64,000 bases of DNA. Source: Carpediemonas membranifera BICM. Taxonomy: Eukaryota; Protista; Fornicata. A program made the position numbers and the translations under genes. The stretch spans positions 967,531-1,031,530 of the forward strand of contig JAHDYR010000007.1 in NCBI GenBank assembly GCA_019828565.1, given 5' to 3'. This document shows positions 23,370 to 35,162 of the stretch, piece after piece; the first letter of the stretch is position 1; each line of letters starts with the position of its first letter. The notes beneath the pieces were generated by a model. That model was not told the origin of the DNA, did no database searches, and saw only the letters and a list, made by a program, of their open reading frames with translations.

Positions 23370-24226
23370 GAGATATGGTCGATTTCTTGTTTTTTGACTT
23401 GGCTAGAGTCGAATTGAAGAAAAGGAGAGGCTATTACTCAGGGAATATTGCTCGTCAAAGAAAAAGCAAGCAAGGCCGCGAGGTATGGCCACCCGACCTA
23501 CAAGATGGGCTGGGTGTCATCGCGTAAGGACGACCGGTCGTGCGCGGTCAACGCTGACAAAACTTAGCGATTCAGAGAAATAAATGGCGCCACCGTATTC
23601 AGCACAAGACAGTGAACTCAGCTATATGTTTTTTTCTCAGTATATTTACCCAGCGGCTGATCCCACAGTTTAAGGACGGGTATTAGCCTGCACTTTGCAT
23701 GAAAAAATTATGCCTGAACACGACCAATTATCCAAAACACAGCATTTAGCATGCAACAGGAGCTGGAAGCAGCTGCAACATCTATTCTAGGCCATTCCAC
23801 AACCATTACGCAAGAAATTGACGCAATAGAGGCCATTCAGTCCCATTACTTCATAGATTCACGCTTGAACGATATTACGAGCCTTATCAGGCGAGAAACA
23901 AGAAAGCTGAACGCGATTGGTGACTCCTTTCTCGCTGAGACATATGCAGCATACTGACAGCCACGACACGCCATTAAGCTTACGTCAGGGAGCGCCATCG
24001 CCAAGCAAGTAAATTGAGCTGTATACGACCACCAGAGACGGACGTATGAGTCAGAACGGTGTGCTACCGGAATACGCAGGGTGTTTTGTGCCCTGTTGAT
24101 TCCAGGAGCACGCTGTCCTGGGTCACACAGGATTATCACATAATCACTGAGCAATCGGGCTCATGGTACATTGTTTCATTGGATCTATCTTCATGAAAAT
24201 ATGTTTGAAAAGATTCAATTGTATCT

Positions 24227-25462
24227 TTACTGCTCCGACTGTTGAACCACCGACTTGAAGTTCTCAAGGCAATCGTCACAAAGACGGATCTTGGGAATAT
24301 TCACGCCGTCAATGACGACCTTCACGGCAGTGGTGCCCATACAGCCCTTGTTACCACAGAACCAGTGCCCACACATCCGACAATGATATACCGAGGCGTT
24401 CTTCTGGCATGCGAAACAAGTCTTCTCCTGGACACAAGCCTGGCATGTGAACTTCCACGAGGCCTTCTTTCTGTTGGCTTCTTTCGTCCAGTTGGCAGTC
24501 TTAGAACATTTCTCCGGACGAGCAGGCACGCAAACGGAATTGTCATGAAAGTTCCTGCCGCACTCTCCACACGAGACAAACTTTGACGTGTTGAGATTGC
24601 CAACCCAGTCCAAGCTGTGGCAATGGCCGCAACAGAAGGCAAGCATCCTCTTCTGCAAGTCAAGGAGGTTCTCTCCATCATCGTCAGAGTCTGAATCTGC
24701 GGTTACCGGCCGTTCTTTGAGCTGAGAGAGATCTTCCGACATGCGCTGTGTCATGCGATGGACGTCATCGAGTAGCATGACGTCACGCTTAGAGATAGAC
24801 TCAGAGGGTCGAACGGGGTCAACCTTCACCTCCTGCTTCACTTGCGGCACGGAATGGGGGATTTCTGCTGTCTTGAAAAACGTCTTCGTCCGACCAGTAA
24901 ATATGTCGGGTGCCGAAAGGTCCACCAGATTAAGGGACAGAGGACGCGAATCAAAATTCTGGGGGACGTCCAGGCCAACTCTCGTGAAAATCTTCTTCAT
25001 CGCGGTCAGAAGCTCCGATCGCACCGGGTTGGGGGCCCGAGAGAGGTTATGAAACACTCTCGAAGGAGCCTGATCAGAAATGCCGATGTTGCAGTGGCAA
25101 GACTGGGTTGCCCACTCCTTAACATGCCCAATGACAAGCCTACCCTGCGATACAGCCGTGAGGGACTTGATACCATCAAAGAATGTCGGATCAGGGTGGC
25201 AGGGCTGCAAGTACACCGAGATGATGTGATTGTAGGCATTCGCCACCTTACGGACAGATAGACCAGTCATATCCGTTCCAAACACATCAACGGTGATGCA
25301 AAAGAATGCCTTGAGCATACCAATCATGAGAGCCGACCTGCATTCGCTCTTTGCGGCGTCATTCCACCTGACCATCGGCTTGCGTTTCTGAGAGTTCGTC
25401 TCTCGGGTGTCCGGAGTAGTTCCTTCATTTCCACGCTTCATCTCTAGTTCCGTGGCTGGCAT
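24227..25462 (-). CDS. Cargo: PHD finger plus FYVE/B-box-like zinc finger protein
   Basis: C4HC3 pattern CGHC..SCGECGRNFHDNSVC..FTCQAC, then CFAC..HCRMCGHWFC..LCDDC. Confidence 0.75.
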   Translation of the reverse strand: MPATELEMKRGNEGTTPDTRETNSQKRKPMVRWNDAAKSECRSALMIGMLKAFFCITVDVFGTDMTGLSVRKVANAYNHIISVYLQPCHPDPTFFDGIKSLTAVSQGRLVIGHVKEWATQSCHCNIGISDQAPSRVFHNLSRAPNPVRSELLTAMKKIFTRVGLDVPQNFDSRPLSLNLVDLSAPDIFTGRTKTFFKTAEIPHSVPQVKQEVKVDPVRPSESISKRDVMLLDDVHRMTQRMSEDLSQLKERPVTADSDSDDDGENLLDLQKRMLAFCCGHCHSLDWVGNLNTSKFVSCGECGRNFHDNSVCVPARPEKCSKTANWTKEANRKKASWKFTCQACVQEKTCFACQKNASVYHCRMCGHWFCGNKGCMGTTAVKVVIDGVNIPKIRLCDDCLENFKSVVQQSEQ

Positions 25463-25527
25463 TAGATGATCTTCTCGAAGTCACGCATTTTTAGGATCTT
25501 TAGAATTCTTGAAAGAGCGACTGACAG

Positions 25528-28084
25528 ATGGCGCTTCAACTGAAGTGGAAACTGTCTAACGGATCTATCTATGCTCCGGAGGGCACTGATGACATCAATA
25601 CCATCCTTTGCAGCGTCTGGCTCTCGATTGACGCAGTGGATCGCCGTATTAACGGATTTGATACCTCCAAACACCAGCAAAGGCTCGAGCTAGCCCGCAT
25701 CGCGCAGGAACTAATCAATATCGGCGCTGTATCGCGTGAGGCTATTTCTAGCAATCTCTACCCAGCGCCATCATCCACTAGCATCTCAAAGGAGAAGAAG
25801 GCACACCGCTCTGGTCCCAGTCACCTTTACGTTGGTGCATATGTTCTGCATTCTGATAGCTTCGGCCTCGAGGCAGAGAATGCTCGTCTACTTAAGCGTA
25901 TTGCTGACACTGAACGTCTTCTGCAGGTGTCCAACGAGCTCAGGGCCATCACGATCGGCGTGAATGCAGTCAATGACGAGATTCACATCATGCAAGCCCT
26001 TGCACAGAGACTCAACCTTGACATTATCAACATCAATCAGGTCACAAACCAAGTCAAGTCGCTTCAGTGCAGCATTCGGAACATCGCAGACGTTGAGACC
26101 ATTGTCAAGTCGCATAGGAACTTGAAAAAGGCCCTAAAGGGCTACATACCCATGGCGATCACTCAAGAGACACGAGCAAAGAGGACGGACAAGGATCACC
26201 GCGAGTATGACCTCGACCTGATTACCCACGTCGACGCAGACCTCGAACAAGTCAACGCTACATTCGACGGCGACGACTATAACACTGAAGTGCTCAGAGG
26301 TACGACGGTGTGCATCTTCTACGAATCGGCAATGAAGCGAACTGCACATAATGACGTGATGAAGAGAGCCGGTCTCAACCCGCGTCTCCAGTCTAGCGGC
26401 AGGTATTCCCATGTGCAACACGCTGAGTTTGACCTCATGCGGTACTATCGCCAGGCGGTGGCTTCGCCTATCGATCTCGAGAGGTCAAGGGCTGCTCGTA
26501 AGAACGTGGGCAAGCAGTTGACAGCGCAGACTCAAGCTGAAGAGACTCAGACAGTGCCGCTTGATCTTCTCGTCTGGGTCGATGGATGGCGAGGGTTGAC
26601 TACATCTGTGAAGGTTCGGTTTATCGATATCTCCGGCAAAGTCTTCCCGTCAGGCGGAACACCACCCTTCCGCATACTCGAGTACAACGGACCAGAGAAG
26701 CGCATTGGAGAATTCTTCGACTTCATCGAGCGCTCAGTCGAGAGTACCCATCGCGAGGCACTTGAGGTGAGAAATACCGGTCTCCTGTGCCGTGTCACCC
26801 GCGTTATGTTCATCGCAGACCACCCAGCGATGTCAAAAGTCTGTGGAACCTTGATTGGCGGCAGCTATCCCTCTCCATTCAGTTCGGTACATGTTGACAA
26901 TAAGGCCTGGAGCCCATTCGGTCTTACCCCACGAAACACGATTGCAGACGTGATGTATGCGAAGAAGATGTCTGTTGAGGACAAGACAGTCCTGGATAGA
27001 GAGAAGAAGTGGGGGTCGTTCTACAACAAGAAGAATAAGTGCATCATGCCCAGCCTATTTGAGAACTCGGATGACCCAACTCTCGATAGGGGCAAAATCT
27101 TCCTTGTCCCGCCGATCATGCACCTCAGTCATGACTTCGTCTCCTTGATACACAACATTTGTCGGATGTTCAAGCCAATTGAGGTCGACCCAGACTCTAC
27201 CCCGGAGGAAATCAAGACCAAGAAGGCCAGAAACGCTGACCTCGCCAGGCTGGCTAAGTTTGAACCTCCCAGTCGCACGACTGGCTGTAATGAGCAAGTG
27301 AAGGGGAGGAAGATGATCGCGTCAATTGGAAACGGTCTCTACATGGCATTCCCTCCCCCCGTTCAGCCACTTTTCAGACTCTTTGCCTACCTGCAAGAGC
27401 ATTATTACTCTCACGAGGAGGCCACAGATGACATTATCACCTGGCATCGACTGACAGCGTTGCTTGTTCACCTCTTTTCACTGACAATGTGTCTGAACAC
27501 GACCAGCACCGTGTCGGAGTCTATTCCAATCCGGCCGCCGTCTAAGGTAGCCAAGAAGGCTCCCTCCATCGACACACTTCATGGCTTAGCGCGAGTTGCT
27601 GTGTTGCCGGAGATTCAGTCAAAAATCCGAGTCCCACTTGGCCGGATCATTGAGGAGTCATTCGAGCGCGACTTTATTGGCAATCAGGACAGTAGAGTAC
27701 ACTTAAGGCGCAACCAGATGGTCCTTGAGAGAACGATATTGAAGGAGCAGGTCGAGTTGTTTTTACCGATTCCTCCGTGGCGTCGTCTCGTATGGGCGAC
27801 AGTCAACAGACGTTCCCCACCAAATACGTCTGAAGACAATGCGCGTTCATCGCTGCTGCAAGGACGCCAAACACTGGATCCGTATTCGGAGCGAGGGCAC
27901 TGGAACATTGGACGAGGGAGACTGTCAGAAACTGTTACCTCTGTTTGAAGGTCAAGTGGATGGTCTATGGAAGAAGGTGTTGAGGCAGGTAGGGCTCGTG
28001 TTTGACGGGCAATGGTTAGACATCGATGTCCATGAGGAAGGAGAGATCTCACTGGATGTGTGCATCTGTGGCAAGTATGAGTAA
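25528..28084 (+). CDS. CMC-superfamily-like DDE transposase (C-terminus probably frameshifted into 27839-28084)
   Basis: VWVDG (D1), FIADHPAMSKVCG..SYPSPFS (D2, DxPA motif), PPIMH, IIEESFER (E); lies between the TIRs. Confidence 0.75.
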
Positions 28085-28157
28085 AGAATGAAAACATGAT
28101 TGGTAGTTATAGATCGCGAGAATAGGCATTCTCATCTGCATTGCGGAGAAAAAGGAG

Positions 28158-28345
28158 TTGATGTTGTTAGTGATTTTCTAGAGTACAGCACCAGTTTCGG
28201 TAATAGGGGGACAGAAGAGCGCAAACAACTACATGGCTCCGAACTACACGCGTCTTGGCGTTGATATTGGTTATTAAATGCACTGCTGGTAGCATATTGA
28301 GGGATTTCGTCATTGTACTCGAATGCACAAGTGTGCATTTTATGC
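28158..28345 (-). repeat. Internal dispersed repeat, copy 1 (inverted)
   Basis: Near-identical to 34364-34603 and 37636-37876. Confidence 0.9.
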
Positions 28346-28539
28346 TCGCAACGAGATTAAAATGGCGAACTTAAGACCCAAGACACATGCCGCGTACGAG
28401 GAAGGATATCATCTCCGGCGAACTGGAATTTACCTCGTTCATTTACTTCTGATGCCTTTTCTGCTCTCTCTTCTCCAGCACCTCTGCCATCTCGAGACCT
28501 GTCAGCAGCATTGATCTCATTCCTGCATCACAGAAAGTA

Positions 28540-29844
28540 TCAATCTCTTTTCGTCCGCTCAATCATTGCAATAAACTGCCTGTGCAGTCTTCCGCGCACA
28601 CCTTTTGCGCACTTATTGGTGCTCACCTGCCTGTATCCCTTGTGGCATGTGTCACAGCTGACGTTCTCGCGTCCATGAAGGTCTCTACCACACACTATGC
28701 AGCGCCGATAGAAGACTTGACCCTCAAACCCTCGCTGACAGCAGTCGGTCAGTCTCTTTCGCTGAGCTGCAGACAGGGTGACCTCTTCTGTATCATCTAA
28801 CAGAAGCGGACTCGGCTTGGCGACGCATTCATGCACGCGCATGATGACCTTGAGCTTGTCAAGACATTCGGCAGCAGTGGGACGCTTTGTTGGGTCGAAG
28901 TGGAGCATCTGCATTGCCAGGTCGTACAGGCTGAGACAAGTAGGTGGCGTGGTGCCGCGAATCGGGAGCTCAGAGTTCACGTTGACACACTCGAGGCAAT
29001 CTTTGAAATGTGTCTGTGCCTGAGGTGACAACTGCAACTGCCCACCATAGAATTGGCACCAGTTCAGCAAGCTACCAAGCTTCAGCATCTTCTTCTTCTT
29101 CTTGTTGTCGATCTGCGCCATGTTTGCACCCATGTCAGTCACCTTCGCGGCAAAGGGGGACTTGGGGAGACCGTAAAAGAGCATCAAAATGACTACACCG
29201 CAAGAGTAAATGTCCGATGCAGGTGTCACGACATAAGAAGTGACGGAAAGAGCCCCTGCCGTCATGCGCGCGAGCTTGGAGGTGTCGCGTGCAGCAGTAA
29301 TCACTGAGCGCGAGACAAGGTACTCGTAGAACAGCTCTGGGGGCAAATATCCATGGGTGCCGCGATACTCGGATACAAATCTCAGTTGTATGGCCCACCT
29401 GTCGTCGCCATTAGCCGGCTTCCTCATTGCAGACCCAAAATCAATGAGGTATCCCTTCTGACTCTTGCTGAAGAGGAAGTTGTCTGGCTTAATATCGCAA
29501 TGGACAACCCCGTGGTCATGCATGTAGCATACTGCCTGCAGCAGATGCGAAACATAGCGGAACTGCACGCTGGAGTGAGCCTGGCAGATGTCAGCGAAGG
29601 GGGTACAGTTGACCAAAGGAGCCATGAAGGCTGGATCACGGTCGACAAAACCTGTATCGACGACAGGGAGGACATGCGGACTGTCCTTGAGCGCTAGCAG
29701 GGTGGGAACCTCCATATCATAATGCTCATCAACTTTGATCACGACCTGCAGCTTTTCAGGTTCAAAGTCGTGCAGATATTGTCTACTATTACCAGGTAAG
29801 GAAGTAAGTCGCTCCAGCTTGTCGCTATCTAGCTCGAACACCAT
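28540..29844 (-). CDS. Cargo: Ser/Thr protein kinase, CDC7-like, with C-terminal CxxC..CxxC
   Basis: VVIK, HCDIKPDNFL, LIDFG, GTHGYLPPE, DIYSCG, DPTKRPTAAECL; no clear glycine-rich loop. Confidence 0.85.
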   Translation of the reverse strand: MVFELDSDKLERLTSLPGNSRQYLHDFEPEKLQVVIKVDEHYDMEVPTLLALKDSPHVLPVVDTGFVDRDPAFMAPLVNCTPFADICQAHSSVQFRYVSHLLQAVCYMHDHGVVHCDIKPDNFLFSKSQKGYLIDFGSAMRKPANGDDRWAIQLRFVSEYRGTHGYLPPELFYEYLVSRSVITAARDTSKLARMTAGALSVTSYVVTPASDIYSCGVVILMLFYGLPKSPFAAKVTDMGANMAQIDNKKKKKMLKLGSLLNWCQFYGGQLQLSPQAQTHFKDCLECVNVNSELPIRGTTPPTCLSLYDLAMQMLHFDPTKRPTAAECLDKLKVIMRVHECVAKPSPLLLDDTEEVTLSAAQRKRLTDCCQRGFEGQVFYRRCIVCGRDLHGRENVSCDTCHKGYRQVSTNKCAKGVRGRLHRQFIAMIERTKRD

Positions 29845-30008
29845 GCACAGGTAGCTGTGTGAAAATTGGTCTTAAAGTGCATTTCGCGACAGCTAGCTGT
29901 GCGTCGCAACGAGAGAAGTAGCAGTGGAAAACAAGACAGGACTGGCTTATGAATGGTGTTTATGGACATCAGCTATGCTCCAATCATAAACTCTTCCTCT
30001 TTACAATG

Positions 30009-31197
30009 TCAGATGAAGGAAAAGACGATACTGTCGGCAGTATCGCTCTCTGAGCGCTCCTCATCAATCACGTTCTCTTGAATCTCCCCATCACCATCTC
30101 TGCCCGCCACCTCCCCGCCATGCTCGTCGTGGTCGATCTTTGGTTCCTCATCGGCACTCTTGCATAAGTCCACCTCCTCACCAAAGGCGCTCTCCTCGCG
30201 AGCTGGCACCTCGTAGTGCATCCACTCTGCCTGGTAAGCTGGCTCGTCGGACACCGCCTCCTCGTCAGTATCGCCCTCTCTCTCGCCCTCTGGCATCTCT
30301 GTCTCGCGAGTCGGCGAGCCGAACTCCGCCTCCTTGTCAGCCTCGCTTTGCCTCTCTTTCTTCTTAGTATCGTGAAGCTCGATCATTCTGGCCTTGAGCC
30401 TGTTGTAAAGCCAGTCATCGAGCATCGGCGGCACCAGGTCGGCAGAGCTTCGGATCTCCGGGTTGAGATCGAGGATCGTTGGGCGCCGCGTGGTCGTTAA
30501 GTGACTGGACGCCAACTGGTGCCTGAACTGCTCATCGGTCAGGCTGATGCGCTTGTCCTTAATGACCTTCTGAGGCTTCTCCTGCGGTCTGCCGCGGCGC
30601 TCTAGCGTGCCGATAGACTGCATCCTATCGGTGGACACGTCGATCCGCTGCGCAAAGCGAAGCATGCGAACCGTCAACCCCTGAACCTTGAGCGCCTCCG
30701 ATACAGCACTGGCCTGCGGGAATCCCGATTTGAGCGTGCCAAAGCCCATCCAGCTCGGGCACGAGGTAAGGTCTATCGCATCGGGGAGATTACCTTGGAG
30801 ATACGAATACTCCCAGCCCGTCTGGTTGAGCAGAATGGCAATGGCGCCATACGGGCTGGGGGAGACTCTCAACTGATGCAGGCGACACCTCTTCCTCCTC
30901 TTTCCAGGACAACGGCTTCGCGGGATGTGGCAAGTCGAAGTTCCGGAAAGACTGAACAGCCGAAACGATCCTCTTAGCCATAGCAGGCGTCTTTGTAGCG
31001 AAATAATGCGCCAAATAAGTCGTAACGTTGTCGCTTCGGACAATCTCGATGCCCTTCTGCATTTCAGCGCCTGTTTCCTGGCAAATGCTGGCCAAAACGT
31101 CCTCCAGGTGCTTCTTGTACACACTACGCGTCTTCACTGAACCTCTATCAGACCAGCGCTTAACAATATCGTCGTTATTTGCAGCTAGAACCTCCAT
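30009..31197 (-). CDS. Cargo: degenerate tyrosine-recombinase-fold protein with Rad21-like motif and acidic tail (frameshift ~30860)
   Basis: Core-binding-like SVKTRSVYKKHL..VTTYLAH..RIVSAVQSF; box-I-like AILLNQTGWEYSYL; box-II-like LTVRMLRFA; frameshift lies in a C run. Confidence 0.55.
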
Positions 31198-32320
31198 AAC
31201 ACGAGTTTTCTGTTGGTATTGCAATTTCAGAATTTCGTACATACAAAATTATCAAATACTTGGATTCGACCTAAACTTGGCTCAGATCCGCAATCCTGAG
31301 CTGGAGTGGGTTCATGGGAACTTTTTAAAATTTTAAAGTAGTCATGAACATCCAAATTCTAAGACAATCTCCGGTACTGGAAGTAATTCTGAAATAGCAA
31401 TACCAACACAAGTTATATTTCTGAAAACCGAATACACGGTGATACTGTTATCTATTAGCTCCAGTAGGGACCCAGGCCAGGTTTTGTACACCCTACCCGC
31501 TTGCCTCGGAATTCGGACATGCCGAAATTCTGAAATTCGAATACCACCGCCCATTTTTTGACGTATGAGATCAGTATCCCATGCCAAACCTCAGGACGGC
31601 ATTCGTGTACCTTTTCCTGCCCTGTATCCATTATATAACCACCCAATTTCCTTTCACAATGTGCACTTTATGCTCGCAACGAGACTGAAATGGCGAACTT
31701 AAGAATAGAAAGAATACTGGCAGCTTTAACGTAGTAGGCATGCACATATCACTAAGAAACATCAGTAAGCGAGCGCAGAGCATCATTAAAGCAACAATTA
31801 TCCCTAAACAACATCAACAACTATAAGTCCATCAGGACCAAACAATATGAACTATAAATGGAGCACTGATCAGTATAGATGATTTGAGAGTACCAGGCAT
31901 GGCCAGAATACCGTAATTATCGTCCGTTGATCCACGTGACCTCCATCTTGGTCGGTATCCAGAGAACGCCCGTCAGACGCTTGCAACGGAACATTTAGGG
32001 GGTGCATCCTGAATGGGGCCAGATTTGAGGCACCCTTGGTCTGACATGCCATGACCGAGTACTCTAGGGGCCTCCACAGTGCGTCCCGAGGTACGTTATA
32101 GCACCACAGACTTGGTGTGTCTTAGCCTGCACCGCCCGAAAGCTCGCCGGATCACTCCCCATACGTTATATCGCCATTCAGTCCACATAATGGGTGTTTT
32201 CGGAGCGATTATATCCCCCGTTTGTATGGTATAACGTTTCCGACACCCCGTTGCCTACGGTTACTGGCAATTTTCTCATCTCTGTTATATGTCCATTATT
32301 GGGATATAACGAAGAGAAGA

Positions 32321-34194
32321 ATGACGTTCGAATTCCTTCACGAGTGGATCGAGAGCACCTCAGATGATGTGATTGAGGCCGTTATCACCGAATTCAAGGA
32401 GAAGAAGACAAACAAGGCGAAGAGTGCCGTTCTTCGGGACAAATTGCTCGACGAGAACGATATCTTCGATATAGTCGTCAAGAACGGTACGTAATTGGTG
32501 CAAATGTTTATATAGGGATCAACTTTAACCACCTGTGCTCATATTTCGAGATTCAGGGCGAGAAGAAGGCAGAACTCGAGGCATTGCTGTCTCAGCAGGT
32601 GCAGGATAAGACCTCGAACGAGAACATCGAGGCAACCTTCACGGAGAAGGAGATGAAGGCGTTTGAGTCGGCCGCTGTCACAGCCTTCAAGAACTCCAAG
32701 AGGGCTGAGTATGCCAAGGAGAATGAGGGCGCGCGTATCGAAAAAGAGGCGCTGAGTGTCAAGGTTCGGGCGTGGCGCAACGCGACATTCACCAACGCGC
32801 TTGTGCGCGACCATGTCACAGCAATGGTTGCCAGGGTGCGCAGCAAGGAGGCAGACCTTGCTTACATGAAGCACTCCTGCCGCTCGTACTTCGAAGAGTA
32901 CATCATCGCCCTGGAATGGTTGGAGACCCCCGCGGGAGAAGGTACGCCCCTGCTCCCCCCAGGTACTGGCGCTATCATCGATTACTATCACAAAATTGTT
33001 CGAGGATACAAGAAGAGAGTCAAGCAGTTGAGGAAGAGCTTGACGGCAAAGAGTGAGGAAGTCATCACGCTGCATCGACGCCTTCTGCAGCAGCAGGCTG
33101 AGCGAGAGGCAGCCTATGACGCTGACAAGTCCATGGATGCATCACTCCCATGCAGCCCCATCCCGCCACAGTCTGGCACAGTCTCCAGGACTTCCTGTCC
33201 CCGACGCGATACGGACGAGCCCGAGGCCTCCATGTCTGTGAAGCGCAAGGCCCTCATCATCACGCCCGAGAAGGCCAGGCCAGAGGACTCGGAGGAGGAG
33301 TCAGAGGAGGAGGAGATAGAGGAGGAGGGTGAGGCAGAGGAGGAGGAGCAGGAGGACGAGATGGCTGAGTCAGAGGTGAATGCAGAGTCAGAGGAGAAGC
33401 GTGAGGCAGATAAGGAGCAAGAGGCAGACAACGAGGTGGCATTCGAGGCTGAGTCGGACGTTGAATATGTCCAGGTCGACCACGTCGACCCAGCTTCCGA
33501 GCAGATGAGGAGCAGGGAAGTCAAGTTTAGAGTTGACGTCGCCAATCAGCTGGAGAAGAGCAAGCAGTGGGTCAGATACAAAACCCTGCCCCACGGCAAC
33601 TGTATAACACACTGCCTCATGATGATCGAGGGCGTCACGGAGCCTCATGCGTTCAAGAGCTGGGAGACGATGACGAATGAAGAGCAGTGTGCAGCGGAGA
33701 CGAAGGCGGACAACTACCGCGAGCAGATATACAAGGAAGCGATAGAGATGAACCGGCGGGCCACTCCGGGGTACAGGCGGCCCGAGGAGGGTCTCCGGGA
33801 CGAACTTTTCCATGAAGTGTGCAGTGTACACACTGTCACGGAGGAGGGCAACATCGGTAAGCCAATCATGCAGGAGAAGTGGTTAACTCAGTGGGCTGTT
33901 GAAGCCTGGTGCTCAATGACTGGAAAGTCCGTTGCATACCTCCATGTTGTCCGAGATTTTGACCCAAAGATCGATCCAGTCGTCGGCATGTACGTTTTTA
34001 GCAAGTCTGAGGAGGGCAAGGTGACACATGTCGCGTTTAAGCCCAACGAAAACGGCCAGAGCGCCCTGGCGTGTTTTGCCCAACAGTGTCGCGAGTGGGA
34101 AATCGAGTATGCGGTCGAAGTGACAAGGGGACACGCCACTCTGCGCAAGGTTCCTCCCGGGCTGAAGAGGAGGAGATGGTCAGTGAAGAAGTAA
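32321..34194 (+). CDS. Cargo: coiled-coil/acidic protein with C-terminal OTU-like cysteine protease (intron 32487-32515)
   Basis: A 29-nt GTACGT..TAG intron fuses 32321-32486 in frame to ORF 32584; PHGNC (Cys), WLTQWAV, RGHA (His). Confidence 0.7.
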
Positions 34195-34363
34195 GAGTAA
34201 AGGATTGATATACCGACCGTATCGCTTATGTTTATGTGACCTTGAGGTTGATTCGCGGTTTGTAGGGGGTATGGTGCTATATTACTCAGCCTGCTGTATA
34301 TGTCTAGTCTACAGCCTGTATGCAGCTGTCTGTGGTGGTAAATATCGTCGGCTGGCCGAGAAA

Positions 34364-34603
34364 GCATAAACTGCACACTTGTGCATTCGAGTACAGTGAC
34401 GAAATCCCTCAATATGCTACCAGCAGTGCATTTAATAACCAATATCAACGCCGAGACGCGTGTAGTTCGGAGCCATGTAGTTGTTTGCGCTCGTCTGTCC
34501 CCCTATTACCGAAACTGGTGCTGTACTCTAGAAAATCACTAACAACATCAATATCGAGCTAGAAGGCGATGTAAAGAGCCTCATTGGACAATATTATCTT
34601 GAT
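34364..34603 (+). repeat. Internal dispersed repeat, copy 2
   Basis: Direct repeat of 37636-37876. Confidence 0.9.
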
Positions 34604-35155
34604 TTACTCCTCAGAAACGTCACGCTCGGGTTCCCGACGCCTGAAAAGATTGTTCTGAATTTCCCCGGTTGTACGACCCCGCCCAGAGAAGGTTATCTCC
34701 CGTCGCACGCCCACAAACCCCGAGGTTTCCCCAGCCTCCAGCTCACGCAACGTATCGGTCAGCGGAACGGTGACAGGCACAGGATACCCGATCCACTTGA
34801 CAAGGCAGCGACGATTGGCATAGTCCTTGATCTGGACACTCTCGACGGCATAGTCAAGGCTCGTGTCGGTTAACTGGAGGAACTTTTCAGGGCTGCCGAA
34901 CGTGAATCTATCAACGTCGTCAGCAACGGCCCGAAGCAGCGGCTCATAGATCTCACCATCTAAAACGCCAGTAATACGAGCCTCCGTCATGATGACCCAG
35001 ACACTGGGGTTGCGCTCACCCACCCATGCGGCAAGGCGATCCAACTCAGTAAAAGTCGGGAAGACACACGCGGTATCGAGGAAATCGTCTAGAGTCGGTG
35101 TCTTGTGCTTGGCCCTGACCATGTTAGCGAAGACTGACTGGTGTAGCGGGGTCAC
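34604..35155 (-). CDS. Cargo: chromodomain-containing protein
   Basis: YAVESVQ..RCLVKWIGYP..TVP; start codon uncertain. Confidence 0.7.
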   Translation of the reverse strand: MTPLHQSVFANMVRAKHKTPTLDDFLDTACVFPTFTELDRLAAWVGERNPSVWVIMTEARITGVLDGEIYEPLLRAVADDVDRFTFGSPEKFLQLTDTSLDYAVESVQIKDYANRRCLVKWIGYPVPVTVPLTDTLRELEAGETSGFVGVRREITFSGRGRTTGEIQNNLFRRREPERDVSEE

Positions 35156-35162
35156 GAGCCTC

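Noticed and set aside
23751-23957. 68-aa ORF in the transposon arm (also 54204-54407)
   Set aside because: Shared only because the arm is duplicated; the differences include amino-acid changes and a shifted stop, so there is no evidence of coding constraint
31342-31587. WPGSLLELIDNSI resembles the MORC/GHKL ATPase N-box
   Set aside because: Short AT-rich ORF with no following DxGxG motif; may be chance or a decayed fragment
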